DNA from: Squalus acanthias
Taxonomy: Eukaryota
Assembly: GCA_030390025.1 (NCBI GenBank)
Contig: CM059432.1
Span: 103,108,001-103,172,000 of the forward strand
Direction: 5' to 3'
DNA: 64,000 nucleotides
Below the pieces are notes generated by a model. It worked only from the letters and a program-made list of their open reading frames with translations. It did no database searches and was not told the origin of the DNA. The position numbers and the translations under genes are program-made. This document shows positions 47,074 to 59,805 of this stretch, piece by piece (position 1 is the first letter of the stretch; each line of letters begins with the position of its first letter).

Positions 47074-50000
47074 GAGCGTGATTTTGCCAGCCCTGGGGAG
47101 GCGGGTATGGAGGTGGGACTGACGGGAAAATGGCAGAATTTGGGGCAGGGTGCCCAACCCACCTCTGTGCCATCTTGCCAGGAGGTGGGTAGCTGTCCCG
47201 CGTCGGGTCCCATCTCCTTGGAGGCGGGAAGGGATTACAGCCACTTAACTGCCTGTTAACAGGTAGTTAACAGCAGAAAATAGGCTTATCACCATTTTGG
47301 CCACACAAGTGCGGGCTTCCCAAAGTCTCCGAACCCCGCCAGGGTCACCGAGGTGAGTAGTGGGTCTGCGGGGGTCAGAGGGGTGCAAAGGTGCACTGTG
47401 AAGGTAAGTGATGGGTGCAAGTGTGGAGAGGTGAGTATCTGAGGTAAGTGGAAAGTGTTAGAAAAAGTGTACTTACCTTTGTTTCTTCCTGCAGGCTTCA
47501 GTCAGTGGGTATGTGGAGAGTGACTCAGAGACTAGGGTCCTGAATTTAAATAAAGGAAACTACGATGGTATGAGGCGCGAGTTGGCTAGGATGGATTGGG
47601 GAATGTTACTTAAAGGGTTGACGGTGGATAGGCAATGGCAAACATTTAAAGATTGCATGGATGAACTACAGAATTTGTTCATCCCTGTTTGGCATAAAAA
47701 TAAAACAAAAAGGTGACTCAACCGTGGCTAACAAGAGAAATTAGGGATAGCATAAGATCCAAGGAGAGCACATATAAATTGGCCAGAAAAAGCAGCAAAC
47801 CTGAGGATTGGGAGCAGTTTAGGATTCAGCAAAGGAGGACAAAGGGATTAATTAAGATGGGGAAAATAGAGTATGAGAGTAAACTTGCAGGGAACATAAA
47901 AACTGACTGTAAAAGCTTCTATAGATATGTGAAGAGAAAAAGATTGGTGAAGTCAAGCGTAGGTTCTTGCAGTCAGAATCAGGGAATTTATAATGGGGAA
48001 CAAAGAAATGACAGACCAATTAAATACATACTTCTGTCTTCACAAACGAGGACACAAATAACCTCCCAGAGATGTCGGGGAACATAGGGTCTAATGAGAG
48101 GCAGGAACTGAATGAAATCAGTATTTGTAGGGAAATGGTGTTAGTGAAATTGATGGGATTGAAGGCCGATAAATCCCCAGGGCCTGATAATCTACATCCG
48201 AGGGTACTTAAGGAAGTGGCCCTAGAAATAGTAGATGCATTGCTGGTCATCTTCCAAAATTCTATAGACTCTGGAACAGTTCCCATGGATTGGAGGGTAG
48301 CTAATGTAACCCCACTACTTAAAAAAGGTGGGAGAGAGAAAACGGGGAATTATAGACTGGTAAGCCTGACATCGGTAGTGGGGAAAATGCTAGAGTCCAT
48401 TATAAAAGATGTAATAGCAGAGCACTTGGAAAACAGTGACAGGATCGGACAAAGTCAACATGGATTTACAAAAGGTAAATCATGCCTGACTAATCTACTG
48501 GAATTTTTTGAGGATGTAACTGGTTGAATAGATAAAGGAGAACCAGTGGATGTGGTGTATTTGGACTTTCAGAAGGCTTTCGATAAGGTCCCGCATAAGA
48601 GATTAGTGTGCAAAGTTAAAGCACATGGGATTGGGGGTAAGGTACTGACTTGGATAGAGAACTGGTTGGCAGACAGGAAGCAAAGAGTTGGAATAAACGG
48701 GTCTTTTTCCAAGTGGCAGGCAGTGACTAGTGGGGTACTGCAGGGATCGGTGCTAGGACCCCAGTTATTCACAATATATATTAATGATCTAGACGAGGGA
48801 ACTAGATGTAATATCTCCAAGTTTGCAGATGACACAAAGCTGGGTGGGCGTGTGTGCTGTGAGGAGGATGCAGAGAAACTCCAGTATGATTTGGACAGGT
48901 TGGGTGATTGGACAGATGCATGGCAGATGCAGTATAATGTGGATAAATGCGAGGTTATCCACTTTGGTGGCAAAAACAGGAAGGCAGATTATTATCTGAA
49001 CGGCAATAGATTGGGAAAAGGGGAAGTGCAACGAGACCTGGGTGTCCTTGTGCACCAGTCGCTGAAGGTAAGCATGCAGGTGCAGCAGGCGGTTAAGAAG
49101 GCAAATGGTATGTTGGCCTTCATAGCGAGAGGATTCGAGTACAGGAGCAAGGATGTCTTGCTGCAGTTGTACAGGGCCTTGGTGAGACCACACCTTGAGT
49201 ATTGTGTGCAGTTTTGGTCGCCTTATCTGAGGAAGGATGTTCTTGCCATGGAGGGAGTGCAGTGAAGATTCACCAGACTGATACCTGGGATGGCAGGAAT
49301 GATGTAGAAGAGAGATTGGGTCGATTGGGCTTGTATTCGCTAGAGTTTAGAAGAATGAGAGGGGATCTCATTGAAACGTATAAAATTCTAGCAGGACTAG
49401 ACAGACTAGATGCAGGAAGGATGTTCTCGATGGCGGGGAAGTCCAGAACCAGGGGTCACAGTCTAAGGATAAGGGGTAAGCCATTTAGGACTGAGATGAG
49501 GAGGAATTTCTTCACCCAGAGAGTGGTGAACCTGTGGAATTCTCTACCACAGAAGGCCGTTGATGCCAATTCATTAAATATATTCAAGAGGAGTTAGATA
49601 TATTTCTTAAGGTTAAAGGGATCAAGGAATATGGGGAGAAAGCAGGGACAGGGTACTGAATTTGGATGATCAGCCATTATCTCATTAAATGGCAGAACAG
49701 GCTCAAGGGGCCTGAATGGCCTACTCCTGCTCCTATCTTCTATGTTTCTATGTTTCTATGAGTCTCGCACCTCCATGGTAGAGATGACTGATGGCCGTTA
49801 CATTCTCCAATGCAACAACCATATCATTTCTGCAAAAGAAAGAGGTTTGATGAGGTCTTGAATTCAAGACCTCATCAAACTACAGAGAATGTCACTGTTA
49901 GACAGCTTCACAGAGCTGTCAAACGATAACAATTCATCTGTCAAAAGATTTTGACAGATGAAACGTCATACGTTGACGTTCTCTGCAACCAACTTTCCCT

Positions 50001-50148
50001 TAATTGGCCTGTTCAACCCGTTGGGCGGGCTTAACAAGGTCAATCAAGGGAAAATAGCGTGGGTTGGCCAGAAGTTGATGGAGGCGGGACTAAAACCCGA
50101 CAAGTGGAGTCCCACCTCCAAAAGCTCCCCATTGGCAAAATCACCCCC
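47074..50148 (-). mobile_element. Hairpin-array MITE copy split by a CR1 insertion
   Basis: 47074-47521 and 49761-50148 rejoin into a reverse copy of 17288-18125. Confidence 0.85.
47522..49760 (+). mobile_element. 5'-truncated CR1, same subfamily as 10346-14774
   Basis: Highly similar to 12543-14774. FADD is intact but there are stops and frameshifts. Short TSD (G)AGT. Confidence 0.95.
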
Positions 50149-53014
50149 GTAATGTCAATAGAAAAAGGGGACATAACTAGCAGAAAGTTAGAAACAGAAT
50201 CCATATTGATTAAAATAAAAGGGAAGAAGGGATCAATCATGCTAATAGGCATATACTACAAATCAACTTAAAGTGGAAAGTGAGTGGAGGAAGAAATATG
50301 TAAGTAAATATATGCAATGTGTAAAGGACATACGATAATAATCATAGCAGATTTTAACTACCCCCAAATAAAGTGACAAGAAAACGTAGCGAAAGGAGTA
50401 CAGAAAATGTATTTTTTACAATGTGTGCAGGATTCCTTTCTTACCCATTATACAAAAAGTCCAACAAGATAGAGAGCACTGCTGGATCTAGTAAATGGAA
50501 ATTAACCATAACAGATAAGAGAAGTAAGCGTAGGGGAACATCTAGGCAATAGCGACCACAACATAATAAGGTTTAAGATAAAGATTGCGAAGAACATAAG
50601 TAATAAATTGGGAAAAAAGCTGATTTTAAGGGGATGAGAATGGAACTAGGGAAAGGAAATTGGAAAAAATTACTGACAAGCAAAGAAATAGAACAGCTGT
50701 GCAGGGAGAAACATTTAAAACGGTGATCAATAGAGTTCAGGAGAAATGTATCCTGCTAAAAAGCAAGAACAAACTTGTCAGTGATGACACACCATGGATG
50801 AATAAAGAGGTACGGGCAAAATTGAAGCTAAATGAAAACCCATACACTAAGTTCAAAGACAACAAAGGAGAGGCTGACAAAAGGGAATTCAAAGAGATTA
50901 GGAAGAATTTTAAAAAGCAGTTAGGAAGGCAAAGAAAACCTACAAAATTAAAGTATCAAGGAATATTATAAAAAAGTAAAGTATTCTACAGACACATAAA
51001 AACAAAAGAAAAATCAGGATAGGGAAAGGGATACATGTGATAAACTCACAGGTAATTGCAGTGAAATGTCATTTGGATGATCAGCCGCCATGATCTCATT
51101 AAATGGCGGAACAGGCTCGAGGGGCCGAATGGCCTACTCCTGCTCCTATCTTCTATGTTTCTATGCTTCTATGAGTCTCGCACCTCCACGGTAGAGATGA
51201 CTGATGGCCGTTGCATTCTCCAATGCAACAACCATCTCATTTCTGCAAAAGAAAGAGGTTTGCTGAGGTCTTGAATTCAAGACCTCATCAAACTACAGAG
51301 AATAGGGAAGACATAGCAGAGGCACTATTACATATATATAAAAAAAATATGAAAAGAGACTAGTGCCAGAGGACTGATGGACAGCTAATGTGATTCCTAT
51401 ATTTAAAAAGAAAGATAGAACAAGCCCAGGGACCTATCGACCAATTAGCTTAATGTCGGTGGTAGGAAAGATAATGGAATCCTTACTCAAAGATGTAATA
51501 GACAAACATCTAGAAACTGAAAATATAATAAAGAGTAGTCAGCACAGATTTCAAAAGGGAAGGTCACGCTTGACCAACCTTATTGAATTCTTTGAAGAAG
51601 TAATAGAAAGGGTAGATGAGGGTAATGCAGTAGATATATGGCCTGTAATTTGCAGTCGGGACGACAGTGAATTGTTAGCATTCGCCATCATTCTGCCTTT
51701 GAAACTGACCACAACTTTGGGATTTGGCACATGCGGAAACCCCCCACAGAGCCGGCAATCTGTATAATCAGCCGAATCAGGGAAACTGACGAGAACTTTG
51801 GTTCTTCTGCAATAAGTACGCTGTTAAATTCCCCACTAAAAGTTAGAACCAAAGGGATTAGGTGTAACTGGAATTTTAACAGAGTTATTACTGCTAAACA
51901 AATGTTAAGGAACTGGAAAACTAATTTTAATATTGTGCAGTGTGAAATTTGTCCAATATATTAAAAATTAAAATTTTTAAGGAACTTTAAAGTTTGTCCA
52001 TCTTTATTTCAGGCTTGCCTTTTCCCCATGTGAGAGCACCAATCTTTGTTTTGCTCTCTCTAACTTCTTTAAAAAGCTGGAATTTTAAGGGCTTACTCAT
52101 TTCCTTGTTCGCTGTCTGGATAGCAAGCTGGCTGCCAAACAGAAAACAGAGAGTAGACAGTTACTCAGATTGGCAAAAGATGGGAAGTGGTGTTCCACAA
52201 GGATCGGTGCTGGGACCACTGTTGTTCACCATTTACATAAATAATTTGGACTTGGAAATCGGAAGCACAATTTCAAAATTTGCAGACGACACCAAATTGG
52301 GGGGTATAGTTAATACAGAGGAGGACTGCAACAAAATACAGGAAGACATTAATAAACTTGCAGAATGGGCATGTAATCGGAAAATGGACTTCAATATTGA
52401 TAAGTATGAGGTGATACATTTTGGTAGGAAGAATAAGGAGGCCACATACTCCTTGGAAAATAATGTCTTCTCCAGGTGGAACAGAAGTACTCTCCCCAGC
52501 CCCTCAAGGAAGCCTTCGGCCTTCCCTCTGCTAATTGGGGCCTCTCTCTCCCCCCTGCCATGATTGCCAACCTCCAGCCACAATGGTCTCTCTCTCGCCA
52601 GCTGATCACAACCGATCCCACCCCCCAAGCCCCGAACGCGAACGGCGGCCTTTACCACAATGGCCTCTCTCCCTCCTCCAAGCCCCAATGGCTCTCTCTC
52701 TATGCCGTGACCACAGCCAAACTCCCCTCTCCCCAAGCCCAGAATGCCGACTTTGCCCCCTCCTGATTGCCGAGGACCACAACCGGCAGCCGGCCAGGCT
52801 ATCAATTTGGCCGGCTGCCGGGCGGGAAACCGAAGAAAATTATTATAATGAGGTCCAACCGTTAAATTCGGCAGGCCTTCAGTGTCCCGAGCCTTGCCAG
52901 GTTCCTCGGCCATTTCCAGCCTGCCGCTTACCCTCCCCGCCTCCCTGTAAATATCAGAGCCGTTAACTCTGTTTTTCCCTCTCCACAGATGCTGTCTGAC
53001 CTGCTGAGTGTTTT

Positions 53015-54350
53015 ACATAAGAACATAAGAAATAGGAGCAGGACTAGGCCATTCGGCCCTTCGAGCCTGCTCCACCATTCAATGAGATCATGGCTGATCT
53101 TCTGTCTCAATTCCATTCACCGGCCTTATCGCCATATCCCTTGATGCCCTTACTAGTCAGAAATCTATCGACTTCTGTTTTGAATATACCCAATGACTGA
53201 GCCTCCACAGCCCTCTGGGGTAGAGAATTCCAAAGATTCACCACCCTCTGTGTGAAGTAATTTCTTCTCATCTCAGTCCTGAATGGCCTACCCTTTATCC
53301 TGAGGCTGTGTCCCCTGGTTCTAGACTCCCCAGCCAAGGGAAACATTCTCCCAGCATCCACCCTATCAAGCCCTGTAATAATTTTGTATGCTTCAATGAG
53401 ATCCCCTCTCATTCTTTTGAATTCAAGAGAATACAGGCCTAGTTTACTCAATTTCTTCTCACACGACAGTCCTGCCATCCCAGGAATTAATCTCGTGAAC
53501 CTTCGTTGCACTCCCTCTATGGCAAGTATATCCTTCCTTAGGTAAGGAGACCAAAATTGTACACAGTACTCCAGGTGTGGTCTCACCAAGGCCCTATACA
53601 ATTGGAGTAAGATTTCTTTACTCCTGTACTCAAATCCTCTTGTAATGAAGGCCGGCATACCATTTGCCTTCCTAATGGCTTGCTGCATCTGCACATTCAC
53701 TTTCGGTGACTCATGTACAAGGACACCCAGGTCCCTTTCAGCATCTGCATTCCACAATCTTTCATCATTTAGGAAATACTCTGCCCTTCTGTTTTTTCTA
53801 CCAAAGTGGATAACTTCACATTTATCCACGTTATAATCCATCTGCCATGTTCTCGCCCATTCACTGAGCCTGTCGAGATCCCCTTGAATCCTCTTCACAT
53901 CATCTTCGCAACTGACACTGCCACCTAGCTTTGTGTCATCAGCAAATTTGGAAATGTTACATTTAGTCCCCTCATCCAAATCATTGACATAGATTGTGAA
54001 TAGCTTGGGCCCAAGCAACAGTCTTTGCGGTACCCCACTAGTCACAGCCTGCCATCCTGAAAAAGACCCGTTTATCCCTACTCTTTGTTTTCTGTCTGTT
54101 AACCAATTCTCAATCCATGCTAGTATATTACCCCCAATTCCATGTGCCCTAATTTTGTTCACCAACCTCTTGTGTGGGACCTTATCGAAGGCCTTCTGAT
54201 AATCCAAATACACCAGATCTACCGGTTCCCCTTTGTCTACTCCACTAGTTACATCCTCAAAGAACTCCAATACGTTTGTCAAACAGGACTTCCCTTTCAT
54301 AAATCCATGTTGACTCTGCCCAATCTTACTATTAGTTTCTAAGTGCCCAG
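53015..54350 (-). mobile_element. 5'-truncated CR1 with open RT C-terminal ORF (53107-54300), inserted in a Penelope terminal-repeat fragment
   Basis: Motifs YLDYQKAFDKV and FADDTKL, with a (CTTATGTT)n tail. Confidence 0.93.
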
Positions 54351-54589
54351 TTTCTGTTTTAATTTTTGGCCTATTTCTGTGTTGTATCCTCTATGTATTT
54401 CTAAGAGACAAACACCTGTAAATCAGGTCTGAAATTACAAATAGGAGGCACTGACAAATTAGAATAGGTTCCAGACCACACTTGATTTAATTTTGGATTG
54501 ATCCGCAGCTTTCAATACCTCCCATCTTTTTCTGGTGTAAAGATCTTCTTAGTTCTCCAACATTCTTTTGTCTTTCTGTTGTTAATCAG

Positions 54590-54624
54590 GTTGCAGATCT
54601 ACCCATCGATACTTTCCCAATTCG
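54590..54624 (+). other. Candidate 35-nt host exon (unidentified)
   Basis: Polypyrimidine tract + CAG acceptor and G|GTAAGC donor, open in all three frames. No homolog was recognised. Confidence 0.3.
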
Positions 54625-57600
54625 GTAAGCTCATACACTACATAAGATCAATCTCTGCATTTGTTGAAGGGACGAATTAACTCAGCATTTGACTGCTATT
54701 TGAGTCAATGTTGTTATTAGCGTTAAGAATTTTCTCTTATGTACTATCAGCACGGTGCTGAATTAATAAATAGCAATTTAATAATTTTCTTTCTTGTTTC
54801 CAATTGTATTTTCTGCAATATTCCAACTGCCAGCACCAATGTTTTAACGGGGAATTATTTGTTATGTACAGCTAGCCACGCCTTTCAAATATGCATCTTC
54901 CCCTTGGAGCACTTTCTGTTTTGAAAATACAGCTCAAATGAGACCATTCAGCAGAGCTATAAAATGGGAAGGATCTGCTTCAAAAGATAATACTGTGTCT
55001 TTCATTGATTTTTTGCTTAATTTTCACTTTAATAGTTACTGTTCCCTACACACATTGCACAATGTAACCTAATGAAAGTTTGATTTGTTCAAGTTGTCTA
55101 CTGGTAATGCACCTGGCTTTGATTTTAAATAAATAATTGAGACAAAAAAACAAGTATTTTTCTTTATTCTTAGTAGTTTTCCTGAAGTGTTTTCATGGCT
55201 TATAAAGGTACTCAATTACTCTTCACCCAAATGATTGTACTGTAGTCAGTACCAAAATTGTTCTCAACTGCATATTGATTTCCTATGAGGTTTATATCTT
55301 AAAGTGCTTCTTTGAAATAAAAATGGTGGATAGTTAATCTTAAATCAGGAGTTGAATGGAACAAATGGTGTTAATTTACTTTGCCACTGAGACCAAATCA
55401 ACTATATATTGTCTACAACAACTGTGACTCACTCTACAAGATACAAAAAAGTAAATAGAGTAAGAGTCTGTAAAAGCTTGTTTGGAATGCAATATGGGAA
55501 AAGAAACAAAATAATGAAACTGTCGTAATATGTTAAATGTTTCATACATATAGGTTGGTTCTGAATTTCTGAAACATAACACCAAAGAGAGTGTATAATA
55601 CATATTCCTTTAAGTGCTAACATTTATTAAATTTTAAATATTTAGAAGTGTTCTTATTGGCAAGTAAATTGAATTCCATTATTTCTTTGGGAAAATAAAT
55701 GTAATTTTCTTTGTTGCGGTGAAAGACAAAAGGTTGTAAAATTGCATGAGATGCATTTCCAAGCATTCAGTGCACACTGCCATCTCATGGCAATGTTCAC
55801 TCCAATCAACACTTTCCAGATAAAAATGTCAATCTTTTCAGCATGCTGTAGAAAAATACATTTGAAAACACATAAATCGTGTTAACCCAGTCTAAGAACT
55901 GTTAGGTTTTTATACTAGTTTAGTTCTGATATCAAAAAGAGAAATTAGATTCCTCCTATAGGTACAACCTGTTTTTTAATAAAAAGGTCTATGCAAGAGT
56001 GTCTGTAAAAATTGCAGTTCTTGAAGCATAAATGTTTCCAATTGTACTGTTTTTTATTGAAAAAGGAATACATAGAGCGCCAGATAGTAACATTTTGACT
56101 TACTGAATCTTATACGCCTGAAGTTTCTGAGAATACGTTTTTCCCTTTTCTTAAATGTTTTTCACTTATAAAATTTGATCAATTCTAACCCGCGATATTT
56201 AGCCATTGTTTCTAAAGAACAATATGTAGAATTTTAAACAGTGTTGCTTCTAGGTTGATTAGAGTATATGTTTATATTATAAAAATAAAAGCCTTTATTG
56301 TTTTAACTTATTAGCAATACTGATAGATGTTATTAATGTAAAATTGCACAACCGTATTGGTAATTCAATTTCCTGTGTAATTTCATATTTGTATTTGCAT
56401 ATCTTATAATATATATCAGATTGTTCCTATTGATTATTATTGATAAACACTTCCCTGACTAAACTTATTTCCATATCATTTGCCTAGATACTAGTTATTT
56501 TTAGATTTGTTACATGTAAGATGCTGATAAATCAACTCATTGGCAAACAAAAAACAAATTTTAGGACAAATCAACAATTAATAGCTTATTGCTAGTAAAT
56601 CTGTGTATGATATGTGACAGTTTTTAGAACTGGTTTCAGTGCCAAAAAGTTGCAAATATTATATATTGCTTCTACTTTGTCAGAAAGTTATAAAGTTCTG
56701 TGGAAATTACATTTCATCCTTCATCTGTGTAGAGGATAAAGTACACTTCCCAAGTTGCACAAGTAGCATTTCCCAGTCTACCTGTAACCCAGGAGTTCCT
56801 GAAAAATGACTTCTCTCCGAGAGCAACTGTACCACTCCTCATTTGTAAAACATCCGCATCATTATTTGGAAACTAAATGCAATATAAAATGTTTGAAATA
56901 CAATGGTAAACCTACAATCCAAGACACATTTCACACCATCAGCACAACAGAGAATGAGGTCAATAATCAATAAATCTAGTTACATTTTAAAGAATAACAT
57001 TGCTGAAAGTTAATAAATGCAGCTTAATCAATGCTTTTTGCCTTTGAAGTATTTTTTTTGTAAATTATTTTTCTTTACAACTGCATATATTGTTTGAGCA
57101 ATGAGGAAGAATTGCTCTGGTCTCTATACAATACATAGTAAAACTGTAAACACTACAGGGAGAGATTTTACACATTCACACTCAAAGCAGTGAGCCTGTG
57201 GTGCAATTTCAGAAAAAGAAAGACTTGCCTTTATATTGCGCTTTTCACGACCTCAAGGATGTTCCAAAATGCTCTACTGCCAATTAAGTACTTTTGAAGT
57301 GCAATGTAAGAAATCATCTCTATAGTGAACAGGGAAATTCTTCCACCAAAGTTAGCTCAGCTCCTCCTGTCAAAATTGCAAAAGGCATTGTCTGACCATC
57401 ATGACCACTTTGATGGTGTTATAACATACTCTTCCCCCTCATCTAGCCCACGGCTGGAAGTAGAAGACCCTGTCACAGGCAAAGACAATTTCCCATAGGC
57501 AGTAAGGGGGAGGTGGGGAAATCACTGAGGCACTCTTCCCACTTTTATAGTGGTCCACTCAATTGGCCCTGGTAGAGGCCTGGAAACAGGTCAGCTGCCT

Positions 57601-58000
57601 TCCCATCCATCACCAAAATAGTACTTGGTGATGAAAACCTAAAGGGAGGGAAGAACTGATTTTTTTTTAAAAGATGATCATACAACTATTACTTTAAACT
57701 GAAAGTATTACGTCTGGTGTTGCAGCATAAAGTAACAGTAATACTCTAATAAATCATTTATCAGTTCTTGTTGAAGTCTATTAGTTGAAAGCTGAAGTTG
57801 AAATTAAATTATCACCTTTTTAGATTGTAACTCCCCATTAACTGAAACATGTGACAACTCATTCAAATACAGTGGGAATTGATCATTGCCTTAAAAAAAA
57901 TCACTATTAAAGAATTATATAATTAAAAATCACAACGATAAAAATATTCCAATTCTTTTTCATTTATTCTCAAAGGTGCTTATCATATTAGCCACGCCTG

Positions 58001-58188
58001 GGGGTAGATTTTAACTTTCAACACTGGGAAGAAATCTGGCAGTAGCAGATCAGCTGCCGATTATGCACCTCATCCTGAGTTTCCTTTCCATTGAAGGCAA
58101 TAGAAAGGTAAATCTGGCATAGTATATAACGAGCGACCAATCTGCTACTGCCCATTTTCCACCTGGTGGTGAAAGTAAGATCTACCCC
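58001..58188. mobile_element. Short foldback MITE
   Basis: TIR GGGGTAGAT / ATCTACCCC with extended imperfect palindromy and TSD CTG. Related fragments lie near 27120-27230 and 34790-35010. Confidence 0.75.
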
Positions 58189-59274
58189 CTGGAGTTGTTG
58201 TTCTCAGTAAGGCAGTAATCCATCCATCTGTTCTGACTATAATAGTGATACAATTTATAAGGTTTGTTTACCGAATGCTCAGGGAGCCTTTGTGCCCACT
58301 TCTCTCCGTAGAGAAAAATTGTCACTACAATACTAGCAATTTGGCCCTTACTGCTAGAGCTGGGCAATCAAGAATCTGTGCGAGTGCAGTCAGCAAAAGC
58401 CTGGGACCTCCTGCCAGTCCTGCCCTTTATTTCTTACGTTTCTACCATATCATGCTAAATATCAGTAAAATTGGAAAAACTGCTGAGATAAAACTAGCCT
58501 TCCAAAATAATACTAAGGTTTCTGGTCAATGTAACAATTCTTGGTGACAGTCAGCGCAGTGATCATTACCCATACTCCTAAGTAAAGGTAAAATTAAATT
58601 AATGCTCCACTGCCACCAGGGAGCAAATGAGGATATCAATACTGTGAGGGTATACACAGTGCACTGGATCAAACACTTCCCACCTCCTTGTGCAGCCCAA
58701 CACTAAACCAAATGCTGTCTCAGTGAAAGTCTGCTGGGTAACAGTGCTGTAATAGATTTCTATCTGCCTCTGCAGACTTTAAACCGAATCTAGTTTTAAG
58801 TTGTTCATACTTCAGATGTCACATTTTGATATGGATGCAAAACAATCTTTAAAAAAATATTTGAAAGGGAAAGGAACCCAGTCATTGCCTGCTGGCTTTT
58901 CCAACTGTTGGGAAGAGCTCAGGACTTATAAGCATCCGCCAATCTATAATGAAACAATTACTCTCTAATTGACCTCAGAACAGATCTATTTACAGGAATT
59001 AGACCTTGTCACCTTAAAGGGACACAGGTCCACCTTAGAAGCAGAATAACATACAGTGTAACATGGTACAATGCTCCAGTCCTTACAGAGCAGCCATCCT
59101 CTGGTTTAACATTAGCATTGCCACAGGAAATCTGTTCATTTAATTTTTAAAACAGGTCAATTATGTTAAGCTGACTCTAACCAGATGTTAGGATATTACT
59201 TTTTGGGGATGAACAGTACTTTATAGTTAGCGAACATCATAAATTTAAAAAATCACACCAAACCAATTATATAG

Positions 59275-59797
59275 AACAAAAGCAAAATACTGCGGATGCT
59301 GGAAATCTGAAATATAAACAGAAAATGCTGGAAATACTCAGCAGGTCAGGTAGCATCTGTGGAGAGAGAGAAACAGAGTTAATGTTTCAGGTCGATGACC
59401 CTTCGTCAGAACTGGAAAAAGTTGGAGATGGAACAGGTTTTTATGCAAGTGTAGGGCAGGGAAAGGGGGAGGGGAGGAAAGAACAAAAGGAAAAGTCTAT
59501 GATAGGATGGAAGGCAGGAGAGATTAAGAGACAAAAGGGATGATGGTGCAAGGCAAAAGGAGATGGTAATGGGACAAGTTAAGAAACAAAAGATGACTCT
59601 CGATGAAGTGTAAATGGCAATGGCAGAATGATCGACAGCTGCCATGTGAGAGAGAAAAAAAAATGAAAAAAAATAGGGGCGGAGGTTATGATCTGAAATT
59701 GTTGAACTCGATGTTGAGTCCAGAAGGCAGTAAAGTGCCTAATCGAAAGATGAGGTGCTGTTCCTCGAGCTTACGTTGAACTTCATTGGAACAGTGG
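59275..59797 (-). mobile_element. Penelope-like 3' fragment, hammerhead motif at 59377-59413
   Basis: Homologous to 27942-28455. Confidence 0.88.
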
Positions 59798-59805
59798 AAA
59801 AGTCT

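Larger units (their letters stand above)
45735..52465 (+). mobile_element. Old CR1 (ORF1+ORF2 remnants) with multiple nested insertions
   Basis: Motifs CDMWE..CHICSKC, HVGTND, GITETW, YRPISLMSVVGK and ISKFADDTKL. Confidence 0.8.

Noticed and set aside
52233..52913. 226-aa minus-strand ORF
   Set aside because: It is a chimera of a GC-rich MITE fragment and antisense CR1 RT sequence.
54415..54957. Long minus-strand coding exon
   Set aside because: Splice-like ends are present, but stops occur in the reading frames and the ORF track shows no long minus-strand ORF there.
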